From the NCBI GenBank assembly GCA_035627515.1, contig DASPLQ010000012.1:135269-199268 (forward strand): 64,000 bases of DNA, given 5' to 3'. Positions 28,763 through 39,407 of the stretch are shown here, piece after piece. The translations under genes were made by a program, and so were the position numbers. The notes beneath the pieces were generated by a model that was not told the origin of the DNA, ran no database searches, and saw only the letters and a program-made list of their open reading frames with translations. Within the stretch, counting starts at the first letter, position 1; each line of letters begins with the position of its first letter. Origin of the DNA: Vitreimonas sp. Its GTDB lineage: Bacteria > Patescibacteriota > Microgenomatia > UBA1400 > PJMF01.

Positions 28763-28833
28763 GGCCGATTATGTCATACTTTTTTTTGCGCGGGAGGATC
28801 GTTTTTGGACCCAAAACCTGTTACTCTAGAAGG

Positions 28834-29862
28834 GTGAAGAAACCTGCCCCGTTTGCACAACAGCCTCGTGCTGCCACTTCCCCACCCCGGTGGCATTCCT
28901 ATGGGTTTTTATTGCTCAACACGTTGGTTTGGTCAGCAGCCTTTATTTTGGTAAAGCCAGCGTATGAAGTTACTACCCCTTTTCGCTTTTTGATGTACCG
29001 GTTTATTTTAGCGGTTGCTCTTTCTGTGCCACTCCTTTTGCATTACTGGCCACGAGTACGACCGAGCTTCAAAACTGTAGCCATCATTTGTGGACTAGAA
29101 ATCATCGGCACTACCTTCTCTTTGAGCCTTATTTATCTAGCCTTGAAATATTCAACCGTCATTGTCACTAACTTGCTCACTACACCTATGCCGATTTTTA
29201 TTACCTTAGCCAGTTTGTGGTTACTAAAAGAAAAAGAAGAACGACATGAATGGATAGGATTGAGTATTAGCTTTTTAGGGACACTGGGATTAGTGATTTA
29301 TCCCTTATTTCTAACCACTGCCAATCAACTCGCACACGCTTCCTTATTAGGAGCAGCTTTAGTGTTACTTCACATTATCTGTAATGCCATTTATTGGCCA
29401 TTTGCTAAATTACAGTATGCTGCCCTCCCTAAATTATTTGTCAGTACCATTAGTTTTTATGTGGGAGCACTCAGTTTTTTTCTCCTCAGCTGGGGTGAAA
29501 TGCAGTTTTCACTGCCATCTTTAATTGCGGCTGTCCACACTGATCTGGGGGCGCCGACTGTCTGGTATGCCAGTGTTTACATGGCACTTTTTGGCTCTAT
29601 TATTGGCTTGACGGCCTACATCAAAGGTCAAGATGGCATTGAAGCTTCCGAGGCCAGTTTATTTGCTTACTTGTCACCCTTAATTTCAATTCCTCTGGCA
29701 GTAATAGTATTAGGTGAAACGTTTCATACCTATCAACTCATTTCTCTGATAGTGATTTTGTGTGGCGTAGTCATCGCTGAACATCGGACGCGACAAAGGC
29801 GCCGAACAAGTACTCATCATCATCATTTAAAAAAGCCACACTTACCGAGGCGAAGACACTGA
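28834..29862 (+). CDS. EamA/DMT-family transporter. A GTG start is proposed at 28834; the track ORF starts further upstream.
   Basis: Two EamA-like halves with 10 TM. The upstream part of the track ORF is not transporter-like. Confidence 0.55.
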   Translation: MKKPAPFAQQPRAATSPPRWHSYGFLLLNTLVWSAAFILVKPAYEVTTPFRFLMYRFILAVALSVPLLLHYWPRVRPSFKTVAIICGLEIIGTTFSLSLIYLALKYSTVIVTNLLTTPMPIFITLASLWLLKEKEERHEWIGLSISFLGTLGLVIYPLFLTTANQLAHASLLGAALVLLHIICNAIYWPFAKLQYAALPKLFVSTISFYVGALSFFLLSWGEMQFSLPSLIAAVHTDLGAPTVWYASVYMALFGSIIGLTAYIKGQDGIEASEASLFAYLSPLISIPLAVIVLGETFHTYQLISLIVILCGVVIAEHRTRQRRRTSTHHHHLKKPHLPRRRH

Positions 29863-31128
29863 TTCAGAAATAGTGTGAGGATGTGCTTCCAGCCATTTGC
29901 GATACGCCTCAGATTTGGCAGCTGCGACCAGGTTATTTCTGACTTTACCCAAAATTATCAATAACGCACCCATTAACATCAACCCCCCAGCCGCACCAGA
30001 AAACTCAGCTTGATGATTAAACTCAGGAAAATCCAACCACATGGGATGATCTTGACGTTGCTCGCTAATGACCTTCATTTCTCCAGTCGTGAGATCTAAC
30101 AACTGATCTTGATTGCCTACTCCTAGCGCTAAGTGCTGACCATCTGGACTCAGTTGAGCAGCGTGAATAAATGCATCGTCACTTAGCGTCGTAATGACTC
30201 GTTCGCCATCAGCAGAAAACTCGGTGATCACGATTTGTTGGCCTGGAAAATCACGAATAATCGCCACCACTTTACCATCCACGGCGTAAAAATCTTCGAG
30301 GAAAAAATCACCCCCAATCTCAGTTAATGATAATTCTTCCTGAGTAGCCAGGTTCTTTAACAGCAAGTGACCTAATCCATCCATTCGGTTGTAGATTTGC
30401 ATCACCACGGTCTCAGCATCGAGAATCTGGGCAGCACGAATCTCAAAATCAGTGCCATAATCGGTACTTAAAGTTTCATCTCCATTGCGCAAAAACAGCT
30501 TCGCTGGATTTTGGCCTTGGTGAAGCAACATCCCTTCTTTAATATCATAGGGATCACCAAACGCTTGCAAAAACTCGGGCTCAGCTAAAGAATACGAGCC
30601 TTCCACCTCTCCTAACCGATTTAAAATTATGAATTTTCGATCAGGCCCCGTGGTGATACCAATAATTTTATCTCTGACTATCCAGGTATTGACGGGGTTT
30701 ACTTGCCCGTTAAATGATTCAGTGGAAACTTGTTTTCCAGTCATGACGTCAACAATCATGTTGTCACCACTCTGAATGTTATTGGCTCCAATTAAGCCTT
30801 CAGGGTTACTAACGTGCCAACCTGTATTGGGACTAGAATAGTAATCAGTTCTTTTAAACGGCTCGTGAGGAGCCTGTGGATCCGTAAAAGTTGTACTGGT
30901 CTCGAAGCCACCTTGGGCAGCATTAAAGCTGGAAGTGTGATCTTGAGTGAGCATCACCAGGACGTCACCATTGGGTTGGTCAATACGCTGGAGGCTCATT
31001 CCCACCGCCGTAGCACCGAGAGCTCCACTCAAAATGCCGGCAAAGGTTAAGGGTAAAGCTTCAGCGTACTTAGCCGGAATGCGATAAATAACTGGTTCGA
31101 AGGTAGTTTTTTTAGCTTCTTGAGACAT
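29842..31128 (-). CDS. Membrane-anchored hypothetical protein (N- and C-terminal TM, possible beta-propeller middle)
   Basis: Hydrophobic termini and a repetitive beta-rich middle. No catalytic motif. Confidence 0.45.
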   Translation of the reverse strand: MSQEAKKTTFEPVIYRIPAKYAEALPLTFAGILSGALGATAVGMSLQRIDQPNGDVLVMLTQDHTSSFNAAQGGFETSTTFTDPQAPHEPFKRTDYYSSPNTGWHVSNPEGLIGANNIQSGDNMIVDVMTGKQVSTESFNGQVNPVNTWIVRDKIIGITTGPDRKFIILNRLGEVEGSYSLAEPEFLQAFGDPYDIKEGMLLHQGQNPAKLFLRNGDETLSTDYGTDFEIRAAQILDAETVVMQIYNRMDGLGHLLLKNLATQEELSLTEIGGDFFLEDFYAVDGKVVAIIRDFPGQQIVITEFSADGERVITTLSDDAFIHAAQLSPDGQHLALGVGNQDQLLDLTTGEMKVISEQRQDHPMWLDFPEFNHQAEFSGAAGGLMLMGALLIILGKVRNNLVAAAKSEAYRKWLEAHPHTISESVSSPR

Positions 31129-31207
31129 AGTAAGCCATGATTATATATGTAATGAATGCGCATTATAACATGTGTCCTATAACTATAAAAATCGTGAGCG
31201 ACTCGAG

Positions 31208-32983
31208 TTACTTCACCGTCACACTTTTAGCCAAATTTCGCGGCTTGTCAGGATCAAGTCCCTTCTCTAGAGCCATGAAGTACGTTAAAAATTGGGACGG
31301 AATGACTGAGGTAACCGCGGCAAATTCCGCACTGTGCGGCACCTGGATCCAGGTTTCAAACAGTTCATTAGGCTCGGGGCTAATTCCAATCACGCGCGCT
31401 CCGCGCGCTTTGACTTCAGCCGCAGCAGATAGCATGTCAGCCTGCTCGTCATCATTAGTAATTAAACATACCACCGGTGTTCCTTTTTCAATCAACGCAA
31501 TCACCCCGTGTTTCAGTTCCCCACCACTAAACCCTTCGGCATGGATATAACTGATTTCTTTCATCTTTAGCGCAAACTCTAACGCTGGATAGTACAACTG
31601 TCCTCGGCCCAAAATAAACAAGTGTTGGTGCGTTACTAGCTGTATGGCGAGTGTATGAAGCAACGGCATCACTTCTTCAGTCTGTAACCAACTGGAAAGT
31701 TGTTCAGCAAACTCAGCGATCAGCGTTTTGGCTTCAGCCACTGAGCGACCGGCCACGACGTGAGCTAAAGCTGCTCCCCACACCATTTGGCCTGTTAAAG
31801 CTTTGGTGCTGGCCACACCCACTTCCGGCCCCACTTGCAACATACACGGCACATCTGACAACGCTGTGAGCGTGGAGCCACTCATATTGACCAAGCTCGC
31901 AATCGTCACACCTTGTTCTTTCATCCACTCGATGACTTCATTGGTATCAGCGGTTTCGCCACTTTGGCTAATCGCCAAGCATAAATCACCTGTGCCGGCA
32001 AAGCTGTGATACGACTTCGCTTCATATGACTTTAATTCAGTAGCCAACACACCCTGTTGTCGCAAATAAAAAGCTATTTGGCCCGCAGCAAAACTAGCAC
32101 TACCGGCGCCAACCGTGTAAACATGACGAGCTTGAATAATCTTGGCCGCCAAAGTCTCTAGTTGCGTTTCTTGACCGGTCAGAATCTGAGTGTAGGCTTG
32201 AGGTTGTTCATGGATTTCTTTCAGCATGAAGTGGTCATAGCCAGCTTTATCGAGTTTCATGCTTTCTACGTCGATAGCAACAAATGTTACTGGCTGTAAG
32301 GTATGGTCGCTTAACTCAGTCACCTCGGCCTTTTCCCCTTCAATACGAATAATTTGACCATTGTTAACTGAATAATACTGATTAGCCACTTCCGAAAGTG
32401 ACAAGACATCAGATGATAAAAATAAGTGCCCTTGTTCACTTTTTCCAACTATTAAAGGCGACCCAAAGCGAAACGCGTATACTACCCCAGTGGTGGTCAA
32501 AACGCCCACCGTACTGCGACCTGCCAGTTGGCTCAAGGCTTTTTTAATGATGTCTAAATTGAGTTCCTGTGCACCTGCTGTGCGACGCTCAGATTCAAGC
32601 AAATGAACAATGACCTCAGTATCAGTTTGACTAATAAACTCATATCCTTCAGCGATTAAAACTGCTTTTAATTCCTGATAATTTTCCACTACGCCATTCT
32701 GAACCAGCGCAAATGAACCATCACTCGCCAAATGCGGATGAGCATTGGTTTCAGTCACTCCGCCATGGGTTGCCCACCGAGTGTGACCCAGCGCAATCTC
32801 AGCACTTGGTAACTGAACACGGTCCACACCACCAATCTTGCCCGTATGCTTATCGATTTGAAGTTGCCCGTCTTTTAAAACTGAGACTCCCCAGGAGTCA
32901 TAGCCACGATACTCGAGTCGCTTTAAACCTTGTAAAACTTGTTGGCCAGCATCACTGCCTTGGGCCATAAAAATGCCACACAT
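31208..32983 (-). CDS. glmS: Glutamine--fructose-6-phosphate aminotransferase
   Basis: An N-terminal MCGI Ntn nucleophile and two SIS domains. Confidence 0.9.
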   Translation of the reverse strand: MCGIFMAQGSDAGQQVLQGLKRLEYRGYDSWGVSVLKDGQLQIDKHTGKIGGVDRVQLPSAEIALGHTRWATHGGVTETNAHPHLASDGSFALVQNGVVENYQELKAVLIAEGYEFISQTDTEVIVHLLESERRTAGAQELNLDIIKKALSQLAGRSTVGVLTTTGVVYAFRFGSPLIVGKSEQGHLFLSSDVLSLSEVANQYYSVNNGQIIRIEGEKAEVTELSDHTLQPVTFVAIDVESMKLDKAGYDHFMLKEIHEQPQAYTQILTGQETQLETLAAKIIQARHVYTVGAGSASFAAGQIAFYLRQQGVLATELKSYEAKSYHSFAGTGDLCLAISQSGETADTNEVIEWMKEQGVTIASLVNMSGSTLTALSDVPCMLQVGPEVGVASTKALTGQMVWGAALAHVVAGRSVAEAKTLIAEFAEQLSSWLQTEEVMPLLHTLAIQLVTHQHLFILGRGQLYYPALEFALKMKEISYIHAEGFSGGELKHGVIALIEKGTPVVCLITNDDEQADMLSAAAEVKARGARVIGISPEPNELFETWIQVPHSAEFAAVTSVIPSQFLTYFMALEKGLDPDKPRNLAKSVTVK

Positions 32984-33084
32984 AAAAATCCTTTGTAGTT
33001 ACATTGTAATGAAAAAATCCGCGTCGAAAACACGGTCTTGGAAGTAAAGTTCGGTTTGGCCTAATCATTACTGATTAGATTTGT

Positions 33085-33262
33085 CGATCTTCTCAAATGG
33101 AGTACCAAGTTCTCCAGAGGGCTCCCGCAGATACTCCCTAAACCATTTTGGTTCAGAGGTCCGATCGTGACGTATAGCGCCACACCCTCTCCTCGTTTCC
33201 CGGTTTGAAGCTCCTGCTTAAAACTGGGCCACACGCTCAAAAAAATGGTTGCGCTGTTTACC
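33085..33262 (-). ncRNA. Candidate structured leader or glmS-ribozyme-like element in the ~430-nt glmS 5-prime UTR
   Basis: The minus-strand RNA contains AGCGCAACC…AACGAGGAGAGGG…CCUCUGAACCAAA. It is reminiscent of the glmS ribozyme AGCGCC cleavage site, the GACGAGG core, the GGAGG/CCUCC helix and AACCAA. The match is imperfect. Confidence 0.3.
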
Positions 33263-33415
33263 TCCTTGGTAGTAATTATGTAGTTCTATCATATCATTTA
33301 GTGGTTAGTTCCTCATAAGTCCTGTTGAAATTTGACTCTGATCATATTACAAAATGTACATTCCTCAGGTTCGAATTTACATACGTAGCCGACCACGGTA
33401 TATACTACGCATAGG

Positions 33416-34063
33416 ATGTTAAAATTATTGGTACTCTTCAGCTTTTTAATCGCCCTGGGACTAGGCATAGCCACAGTCTTTGGCTGGCAAGCTGCCAAAT
33501 ATGCCTGGAGTTCTCATGTACCTTTTACGCCCACTACTCCCACGTTTCAATTAGTTCCTCCTGCTCACTCCTTAACCGCCCAACTCACCACCCTCACTGG
33601 TGAACCTCTCAAGGAACCCCGCGATACTACCGATAAACTGCCCGTCACCCTCAATGAAACGTTACTTGAAGGTGAAACACTTTTTACGGACGCAACTTCC
33701 AGCGCCACGGTGCATTTTCCGCAGTTTGCAACTATTGCTCTTGATGCCAACTCTCAAATAGTGCTCAGCGATGCTCAACCCGAGCATTTTCTGATTACCC
33801 ACCGCGACGGCCTCATCAAGTATCAAGCCCACCATCCTAGCCAAACGCTTTCGATTCGAGCTTCATCAGTATTAATTGCTCTCACTTCAGGTGAAGCCGC
33901 TCTTGCCATCGACCACACTCGTCGCACCGTCACACTTCAGCTCCTCACTGGCACCGCTAAGCTGGCCATTATTGGTGCCGATAATCAAACGCGAACGTGG
34001 AATATAAATGCGGGTCAAACAGCCGTAGTTAACACTGCGACTACCCAAGTCACACTCAACTAA
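33416..34063 (+). CDS. Secreted hypothetical protein
   Basis: A signal peptide and a Thr-rich sequence. Confidence 0.5.
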   Translation: MLKLLVLFSFLIALGLGIATVFGWQAAKYAWSSHVPFTPTTPTFQLVPPAHSLTAQLTTLTGEPLKEPRDTTDKLPVTLNETLLEGETLFTDATSSATVHFPQFATIALDANSQIVLSDAQPEHFLITHRDGLIKYQAHHPSQTLSIRASSVLIALTSGEAALAIDHTRRTVTLQLLTGTAKLAIIGADNQTRTWNINAGQTAVVNTATTQVTLN

Positions 34064-34068
34064 CTTTT

Positions 34069-35274
34069 TTACTCACTAAACCAGCCTCTGTTTTGGTACG
34101 TTGTTAACGGCTCTAACAACCCCTCACCTTCATACCCCAAAGCCCAGATCGCCACTCCACCCAAGCGATAACGATAAGCTAGATCGAGCTTATGACGAAT
34201 GGATTCTTGGTCGTCATAAAAAATTTGTTGCGTATATCCTTCCTGAGTCTCTGGCAAAAGTAAGTACGGCGACGAGCTGATAGCATCCATATTTTTGACA
34301 CAATGAACACAGGTTTTGAGTAACTCTGTGATGCGTTTGTGAGTGGCGGTTTTGCCACTACCAGGAATGACAGCGGCACCAGGTTGGCGTTCGATCGTTT
34401 CCCATTCATAGCCATAGATCGGCATACCCAGGATGACTTTTTCTGGCGGGACTGTGGCCAGTAAAGTTTGGACACTGCTTTCCACATCCAGCTCCCGCAC
34501 CTCACCTACCCCACCGAGGGGCGCCACCGGACCCGATACAAACGAGCCTCGATATGAGTAGTCATATGCCATCAGCACTATCCGATCTACATGAGTGCTG
34601 ATCGAGGCTACGTCTATCAAATGTGGCCGCACCAAAGAAATTGGCGTCACCTCAATAGTTAGCGTACCTAAACCGTGCTGATCAATTTCCTGATCCAGAG
34701 TTTTCACAAACTGCGTGAAAGCTACCTGGGCTGCTGGCGAAGCATCATTAAAACTTTCTAAATCGAGATTTAAATCTTGGAAACCGTGCTGCTTCATCAG
34801 CGGCGCCACTTCACTCATCAATCGGGTCGCGTGCGCTTCTGGCTGAGTTAGTAAGGCTTTAATAGCTTGTTCATCACTCAAGTGCAGCAACAAGCTCGTT
34901 TCTTGACCCTGATTTCGCGATCGTTGTAAAGCTTGGGCTACCGCCGGGCCCTTAAGTTTGTTCCAGCCTGGTTCACTCTCACTAGGCTTAGTAAATTGTT
35001 GCAAACTACCGTCGGGATTAATCACCAAGCCAAAGTACGTTAAGTTAGTTAGGTATGGCGTGTAATCTGTACTGCCATCACCGATCAACCAATAAGGATA
35101 AAAACCAATTACTTGCGGCTTATAAATACCCAGATACTGACGAGCGGGATGGCTGGCCGCCAACGAAGCTTCGTCGCGCAACCAGATTAATACTCTCCAG
35201 CCCCCCACTAGCCCCAAGCCTAATCCCAAACTAATCGCTAAAATCACTAACCATTTTATGTTCATAGCCTGCAT
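34069..35274 (-). CDS. Glycoside hydrolase family 18 (chitinase/peptidoglycan hydrolase-like), membrane-anchored
   Basis: DLNLDLE (a DxxDxDxE-type catalytic motif), plus MAYDY, GMPIYGY and ALGYEG motifs. Confidence 0.7.
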   Translation of the reverse strand: MQAMNIKWLVILAISLGLGLGLVGGWRVLIWLRDEASLAASHPARQYLGIYKPQVIGFYPYWLIGDGSTDYTPYLTNLTYFGLVINPDGSLQQFTKPSESEPGWNKLKGPAVAQALQRSRNQGQETSLLLHLSDEQAIKALLTQPEAHATRLMSEVAPLMKQHGFQDLNLDLESFNDASPAAQVAFTQFVKTLDQEIDQHGLGTLTIEVTPISLVRPHLIDVASISTHVDRIVLMAYDYSYRGSFVSGPVAPLGGVGEVRELDVESSVQTLLATVPPEKVILGMPIYGYEWETIERQPGAAVIPGSGKTATHKRITELLKTCVHCVKNMDAISSSPYLLLPETQEGYTQQIFYDDQESIRHKLDLAYRYRLGGVAIWALGYEGEGLLEPLTTYQNRGWFSE

Positions 35275-35364
35275 TGTAGCAAAACCGGGCGTGATTGTGA
35301 TATAATTTGCCCTCTTAGGAATAATTTTTTACATTTCTTCGTATTCAAGCGAGGAAAGGATCTC

Positions 35365-35709
35365 ATGAAATCAGGTATTCACCCTCAATGGTATCACGAT
35401 GCAGTAGTCACCTGCGCTTGCGGTAACACCTTCACTACTGGCTCTATTCTCCAAGCAGTTCAAATCGATATTTGCAACAAATGTCACCCTTTCTTTACCG
35501 GTGAAGTCCGCTTTGTGGACCGCCAAGGTCGGGTGGATCGCTTCATGCAAAAAATGCAAACCGCTCAACAAAAACAAGCTGCTGCCGTCCAAAAGAAAGG
35601 CAAAAACAAAAAAGCTGACGCACCTCAAGAAGATCCAAAATCTTATCAAGAAATTTTGCGCACTCAACAATCTAAGTTGCGCAAAGATAAAACTGCTCCT
35701 GCCGCTTAG
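35365..35709 (+). CDS. rpmE: 50S ribosomal protein L31 with a Lys-rich C-terminal extension
   Basis: [10 protein letters not shown]…CACGNTF…CHPFFTG. Confidence 0.85.
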   Translation: MKSGIHPQWYHDAVVTCACGNTFTTGSILQAVQIDICNKCHPFFTGEVRFVDRQGRVDRFMQKMQTAQQKQAAAVQKKGKNKKADAPQEDPKSYQEILRTQQSKLRKDKTAPAA

Positions 35710-35768
35710 TAGTTTCAATCCCGTCGATTTCCTTCACCTGCCCTGGCAGTGTAAGATGGACGTGTCGT

Positions 35769-36758
35769 ATGTTTAATCCCTATCAAGCTCAAATTGATGA
35801 TTTAGCCCAAAAAATCGCTGATAATCAAGCTTTATTAACTGACCCTGAGCTTAAAGAGTTGGCTGAACTTGAAATGACCAGTCTCCAAGCTCAAAAGCAA
35901 CAGCTGGAAGAGCTGGCGGCAGATTTTGAAGGCGCGAGCACTAGTGATGACACCGCTTCGGTAGGGACTCTCACCAATTGTATCGTGGAAGTCCGCCAAG
36001 GCGCCGGTGGTGAAGAAGCTAAAATTTGGGCTGATGATTTATTACGCATGTACATGCGCTTCATTGAACGCTTAGGCCTTAAGTTCGAGATGATCGACGA
36101 TGGCGTGATAAAAGTGAAAGGCAAACTCACGAATCCTGAACTAATTGCCCAACTCACAGCCGTACCTGCCCCAGAAGCTGATGAAGCCCCCGTGGAACCG
36201 CCCACCCCTCCCGATGTGCTCTACCCCTACGATATTTTTAAATTTGAATCAGGTGTCCATCGTGTCCAACGCGTACCAGAAACCGAGGCTCAAGGCCGCA
36301 TTCACACCTCGACAGCCTCCGTTGCTGTCTTGCCAGAAGTGCCGGCTAAAGCTGTGGAAATTCGTGATGAAGAACTTGATTGGCAATTTATGCGTGCCGG
36401 CGGTGCTGGCGGTCAAAACGTCAATAAAGTGAACAGTGCCGTACGATTAACTCATAAACCCAGTGGCGTCGTCGTCTCTGCCCGATCGGAACGCAGCCAA
36501 GCCCAAAATCGCGAAATTGCCCTGGCTTTGTTGCGCTCACAACTCTGGGAAATTGAAGAAGAAAAACGTCTCAAAGACCTTGGTGAAGCTCGCAGTGCGA
36601 TCGGTCGCGCCCAACGTGCTGAAAAAATCCGCACCTACAACTACCCTCAAAACCGCGTCACAGACCACCGCGTCAATGAATCTTGGCATAACTTGCCCAC
36701 CATCATGGATGGTGCTTTGGAAGATGTGGTGGCCGGGGTGAAAGCCAAGCTGGTTTGA
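35769..36758 (+). CDS. prfA: Peptide chain release factor 1 (PxT type)
   Basis: A GGQ motif and a PET tripeptide (the RF1 PxT motif). There is no RF2 frameshift site. Confidence 0.8.
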   Translation: MFNPYQAQIDDLAQKIADNQALLTDPELKELAELEMTSLQAQKQQLEELAADFEGASTSDDTASVGTLTNCIVEVRQGAGGEEAKIWADDLLRMYMRFIERLGLKFEMIDDGVIKVKGKLTNPELIAQLTAVPAPEADEAPVEPPTPPDVLYPYDIFKFESGVHRVQRVPETEAQGRIHTSTASVAVLPEVPAKAVEIRDEELDWQFMRAGGAGGQNVNKVNSAVRLTHKPSGVVVSARSERSQAQNREIALALLRSQLWEIEEEKRLKDLGEARSAIGRAQRAEKIRTYNYPQNRVTDHRVNESWHNLPTIMDGALEDVVAGVKAKLV

Positions 36759-36776
36759 GATTTAAACTACCTTTAT

Positions 36777-38144
36777 CTATGCCAATTTATCTGGCTTATA
36801 GTAAGGCAAAGGTGCTGGAGTAACATCTTTTTCTAAAGCTTCCTTAACAGCTTCACTTAATTTTTTCTCTGGTAAAACAGGAAGCCGTGCAGCAAATTTA
36901 GCCTTTAACTTTTGTTCGTTTGCTTCCTGACCCGTCTGCTGACAATAAAGATGCAATAAAGTAAATAAAGCTTCCTGCTGGGAAATTACCTCTCTCAGTT
37001 TATCTCCAATTCTATTATCAATGATGGTTTGAATATCTTGATCGAATAACCGTGTAACATCACTTACTGCTATAGCCTTTGCCTGGCGGGAACACAAGAC
37101 TTCATCTAAGTAATACTCAGTTAATGTAGAAGAAGGATCAAACGACCCAGTCAGTTCATAAAACACCTCATTTGGTGCCCTCATCTTAATACTAAATGAT
37201 ACATAGCCCTCATCGTATACAAATATTTCCAGGGAAAGTTGTTGGTGAGGCAAATATGCGCTTGTATTACTAGCATCTCGATCAATAACTATTTCCTCTG
37301 TATGGTGCCACTTTGCTGGCAATAAGTCTTTTCCCTGTTTGTTAGAGTCAAGAGTAAACTCACTTTTTTCGTCGATTAAAAGATCAAAACCTAAATCAAT
37401 AGGATTCAAAGCTAATCGTTGAAGTACGAGCTGTATTTTTTTATCCTTCTCGCTGTTAGCTGACAAAAAATCATCACTTTGAGTTAAGCTCATCAATAGT
37501 AAAGTCTCCTGGGCTGATGAAAGCTCGTCAAGCTCTGTATAGCTGGCTTCTAAGGTATAGTGACCGCGCGTGCTTGGTTTGGCAGGATTACCGATCTGAA
37601 GAGTCAGCGGCGCATCTTGTTTAAGTATGTCAACTTTCACATAGCTATTAGGTAGCCTATAAGGCGGCAAAGGTTCATGATGAACACTGGTTGAAATTTG
37701 GCGAGCCACTACACCTTCGTGAGTATATTTATCTTCAATCCAGGTAGTGTGAATGTCTACCGCTTTATAACCCACAAAATGTGTTTCTAGTTTTTCCGCC
37801 AATTCAGAAATTATCCCATCCAATGAAGGAAATCCTAATACTTCTCGACCTTTTTTAATTATTTCGTCCGTATGTTCAGTCATAACTGCCCCTGCAGAGG
37901 CAGCTCCTACCATAGCGAGAAACTGTCTTCGAGAAATTTTTGGCGTGGGCAACTTAGTTAGTATCTCTTGAGCGCTATTTTTTCTAGTAACTGCTGCATT
38001 TCGTGCGGCTTTAAACGCCTTAAGTATTTTCCGAAGTAAATTATCTGCCGATGGTTCAAGATCTATGGGCACTTGTTTATTCAAATCAAAAGTTGTGTGC
38101 TGTACCCCACCTGAATTTGAGCGCAAATCTTCTGGGTTAATCAT
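36777..38144 (-). CDS. Hypothetical protein with an internal twin-arginine motif (SRRQFLAMVGAASAGAVM). The true start may be TTG at 37952.
   Basis: The Tat consensus lies ~70 aa into the ORF. The in-frame TTG would give a canonical Tat signal. Confidence 0.45.
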   Translation of the reverse strand: MINPEDLRSNSGGVQHTTFDLNKQVPIDLEPSADNLLRKILKAFKAARNAAVTRKNSAQEILTKLPTPKISRRQFLAMVGAASAGAVMTEHTDEIIKKGREVLGFPSLDGIISELAEKLETHFVGYKAVDIHTTWIEDKYTHEGVVARQISTSVHHEPLPPYRLPNSYVKVDILKQDAPLTLQIGNPAKPSTRGHYTLEASYTELDELSSAQETLLLMSLTQSDDFLSANSEKDKKIQLVLQRLALNPIDLGFDLLIDEKSEFTLDSNKQGKDLLPAKWHHTEEIVIDRDASNTSAYLPHQQLSLEIFVYDEGYVSFSIKMRAPNEVFYELTGSFDPSSTLTEYYLDEVLCSRQAKAIAVSDVTRLFDQDIQTIIDNRIGDKLREVISQQEALFTLLHLYCQQTGQEANEQKLKAKFAARLPVLPEKKLSEAVKEALEKDVTPAPLPYYKPDKLA

Positions 38145-38163
38145 ATGTTATTCATCATAACAC

Positions 38164-39354
38164 CTACTCTCCCCGCTTCTTCAACTCCACTCTAACACTC
38201 TGCTCTTCCCCATCCCGCCAATACTTCACCGTCACGGTATCACCAATTTTTTTGTTGTTAATCAAGGTGGCTAATTGGTTGTTTTCATCTTTGAGGGCCT
38301 GGCCATCAAATTCAGTGACAATGTCACCAGTTTGCATACCCGCTTCAGCCGCAGGTGACCCGGCAACTACTTCCAGCAAGTACGCACCTTCTGGCACTTC
38401 ATTTAATAACGCAGCTTGCTTGGTGATGACACGGTACTGCACTCCTAAGAAAGGTCGATCGAATTGACCAGTTTGGTTGAAGTTACTGAGTGAGGTTTTA
38501 ACCACGTTGATAGGCAGCGCAAAGCCGATGTTTTGGGCTCCGGCCGTGACAGCTACATTCACACCGATGACGGCGCCATTCGCGTCTAATAACGGCCCGC
38601 CGGAGTTGCCGGGGTTGATGGCCGCATCAGTTTGAATTACCCCTTCTAAACTCTCAAATGTGCCCCCGCTAATTGTGCCAGCTTCAATACCGCGCCCCAG
38701 ACCGGAAACTACCCCCGTAGTCACGGTATGGCGGAAGGTACCTAAAGCTGTCCCAATCGCAATCACTTCCTGACCGACGCGCAATTTATCTGAATCACCC
38801 AGCGGTAAAGGTTCTAACTGAGCGCCTTCTACTTTCACAATTGCTAAATCATTCGCAGGATCGCGATAAATATTGGTGATTCTGTATTCGTTATTATCTT
38901 TATCGACTACGGAGTACTCAGCATTGGGGTCATCGACGACGTGTTTGTTAGTTACAATCAAGCCTGATTCATCTGCTACAAAGCCTGTGCCGATATCACG
39001 TTTGACCTCTTCAATCCGGCCACTTTGCGGCAAACCAAAACCAAAAATGCTATTCAAAAATGGATCAACCACGCGTTGGGATTTTTTGATCGAGACCGTC
39101 ACCACTGATGGCGAAGCTGCTTCCGAGACGTCAGCAACGGTACTGGTTTGTGAATTAAGGCTGGGCAGTTGTTGCCCGGCGCTACTCTCCAGCTTGGCAG
39201 CTAAAGATCCCACCGAGCGGCGACCCGTTAAGTAATCAAGAGGTTTGATCACAAAAATGCGATCAGCCAACGCTCCAATAAAAAAAGAGGTTAAAACTAA
39301 GACCGAAATTGATAAACCTAAGAGAAACGTTTTTACTTGAGGTTGCATACTCAA
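38164..39354 (-). CDS. HtrA/DegP-family serine protease with a PDZ domain
   Basis: A GNSGGPLL catalytic Ser motif, a trypsin-like His/Asp and a C-terminal PDZ. Confidence 0.85.
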   Translation of the reverse strand: MSMQPQVKTFLLGLSISVLVLTSFFIGALADRIFVIKPLDYLTGRRSVGSLAAKLESSAGQQLPSLNSQTSTVADVSEAASPSVVTVSIKKSQRVVDPFLNSIFGFGLPQSGRIEEVKRDIGTGFVADESGLIVTNKHVVDDPNAEYSVVDKDNNEYRITNIYRDPANDLAIVKVEGAQLEPLPLGDSDKLRVGQEVIAIGTALGTFRHTVTTGVVSGLGRGIEAGTISGGTFESLEGVIQTDAAINPGNSGGPLLDANGAVIGVNVAVTAGAQNIGFALPINVVKTSLSNFNQTGQFDRPFLGVQYRVITKQAALLNEVPEGAYLLEVVAGSPAAEAGMQTGDIVTEFDGQALKDENNQLATLINNKKIGDTVTVKYWRDGEEQSVRVELKKRGE

Positions 39355-39407
39355 ATTTATAACACTTTAGCAGTGCCGAGTCAAGAGTGCTAGGAAAAAC
39401 AACTTTT

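Noticed and set aside
33313-33498. 61-aa minus-strand ORF overlapping the start of 33416..34063
   Set aside because: It lies in the glmS leader and promoter region and overlaps a signal-peptide-bearing gene on the other strand. It has no SD.
35710-36758. Programmed +1 frameshift typical of prfB
   Set aside because: The release factor has the RF1 PxT tripeptide (PET), not SPF, and is a single uninterrupted ORF.
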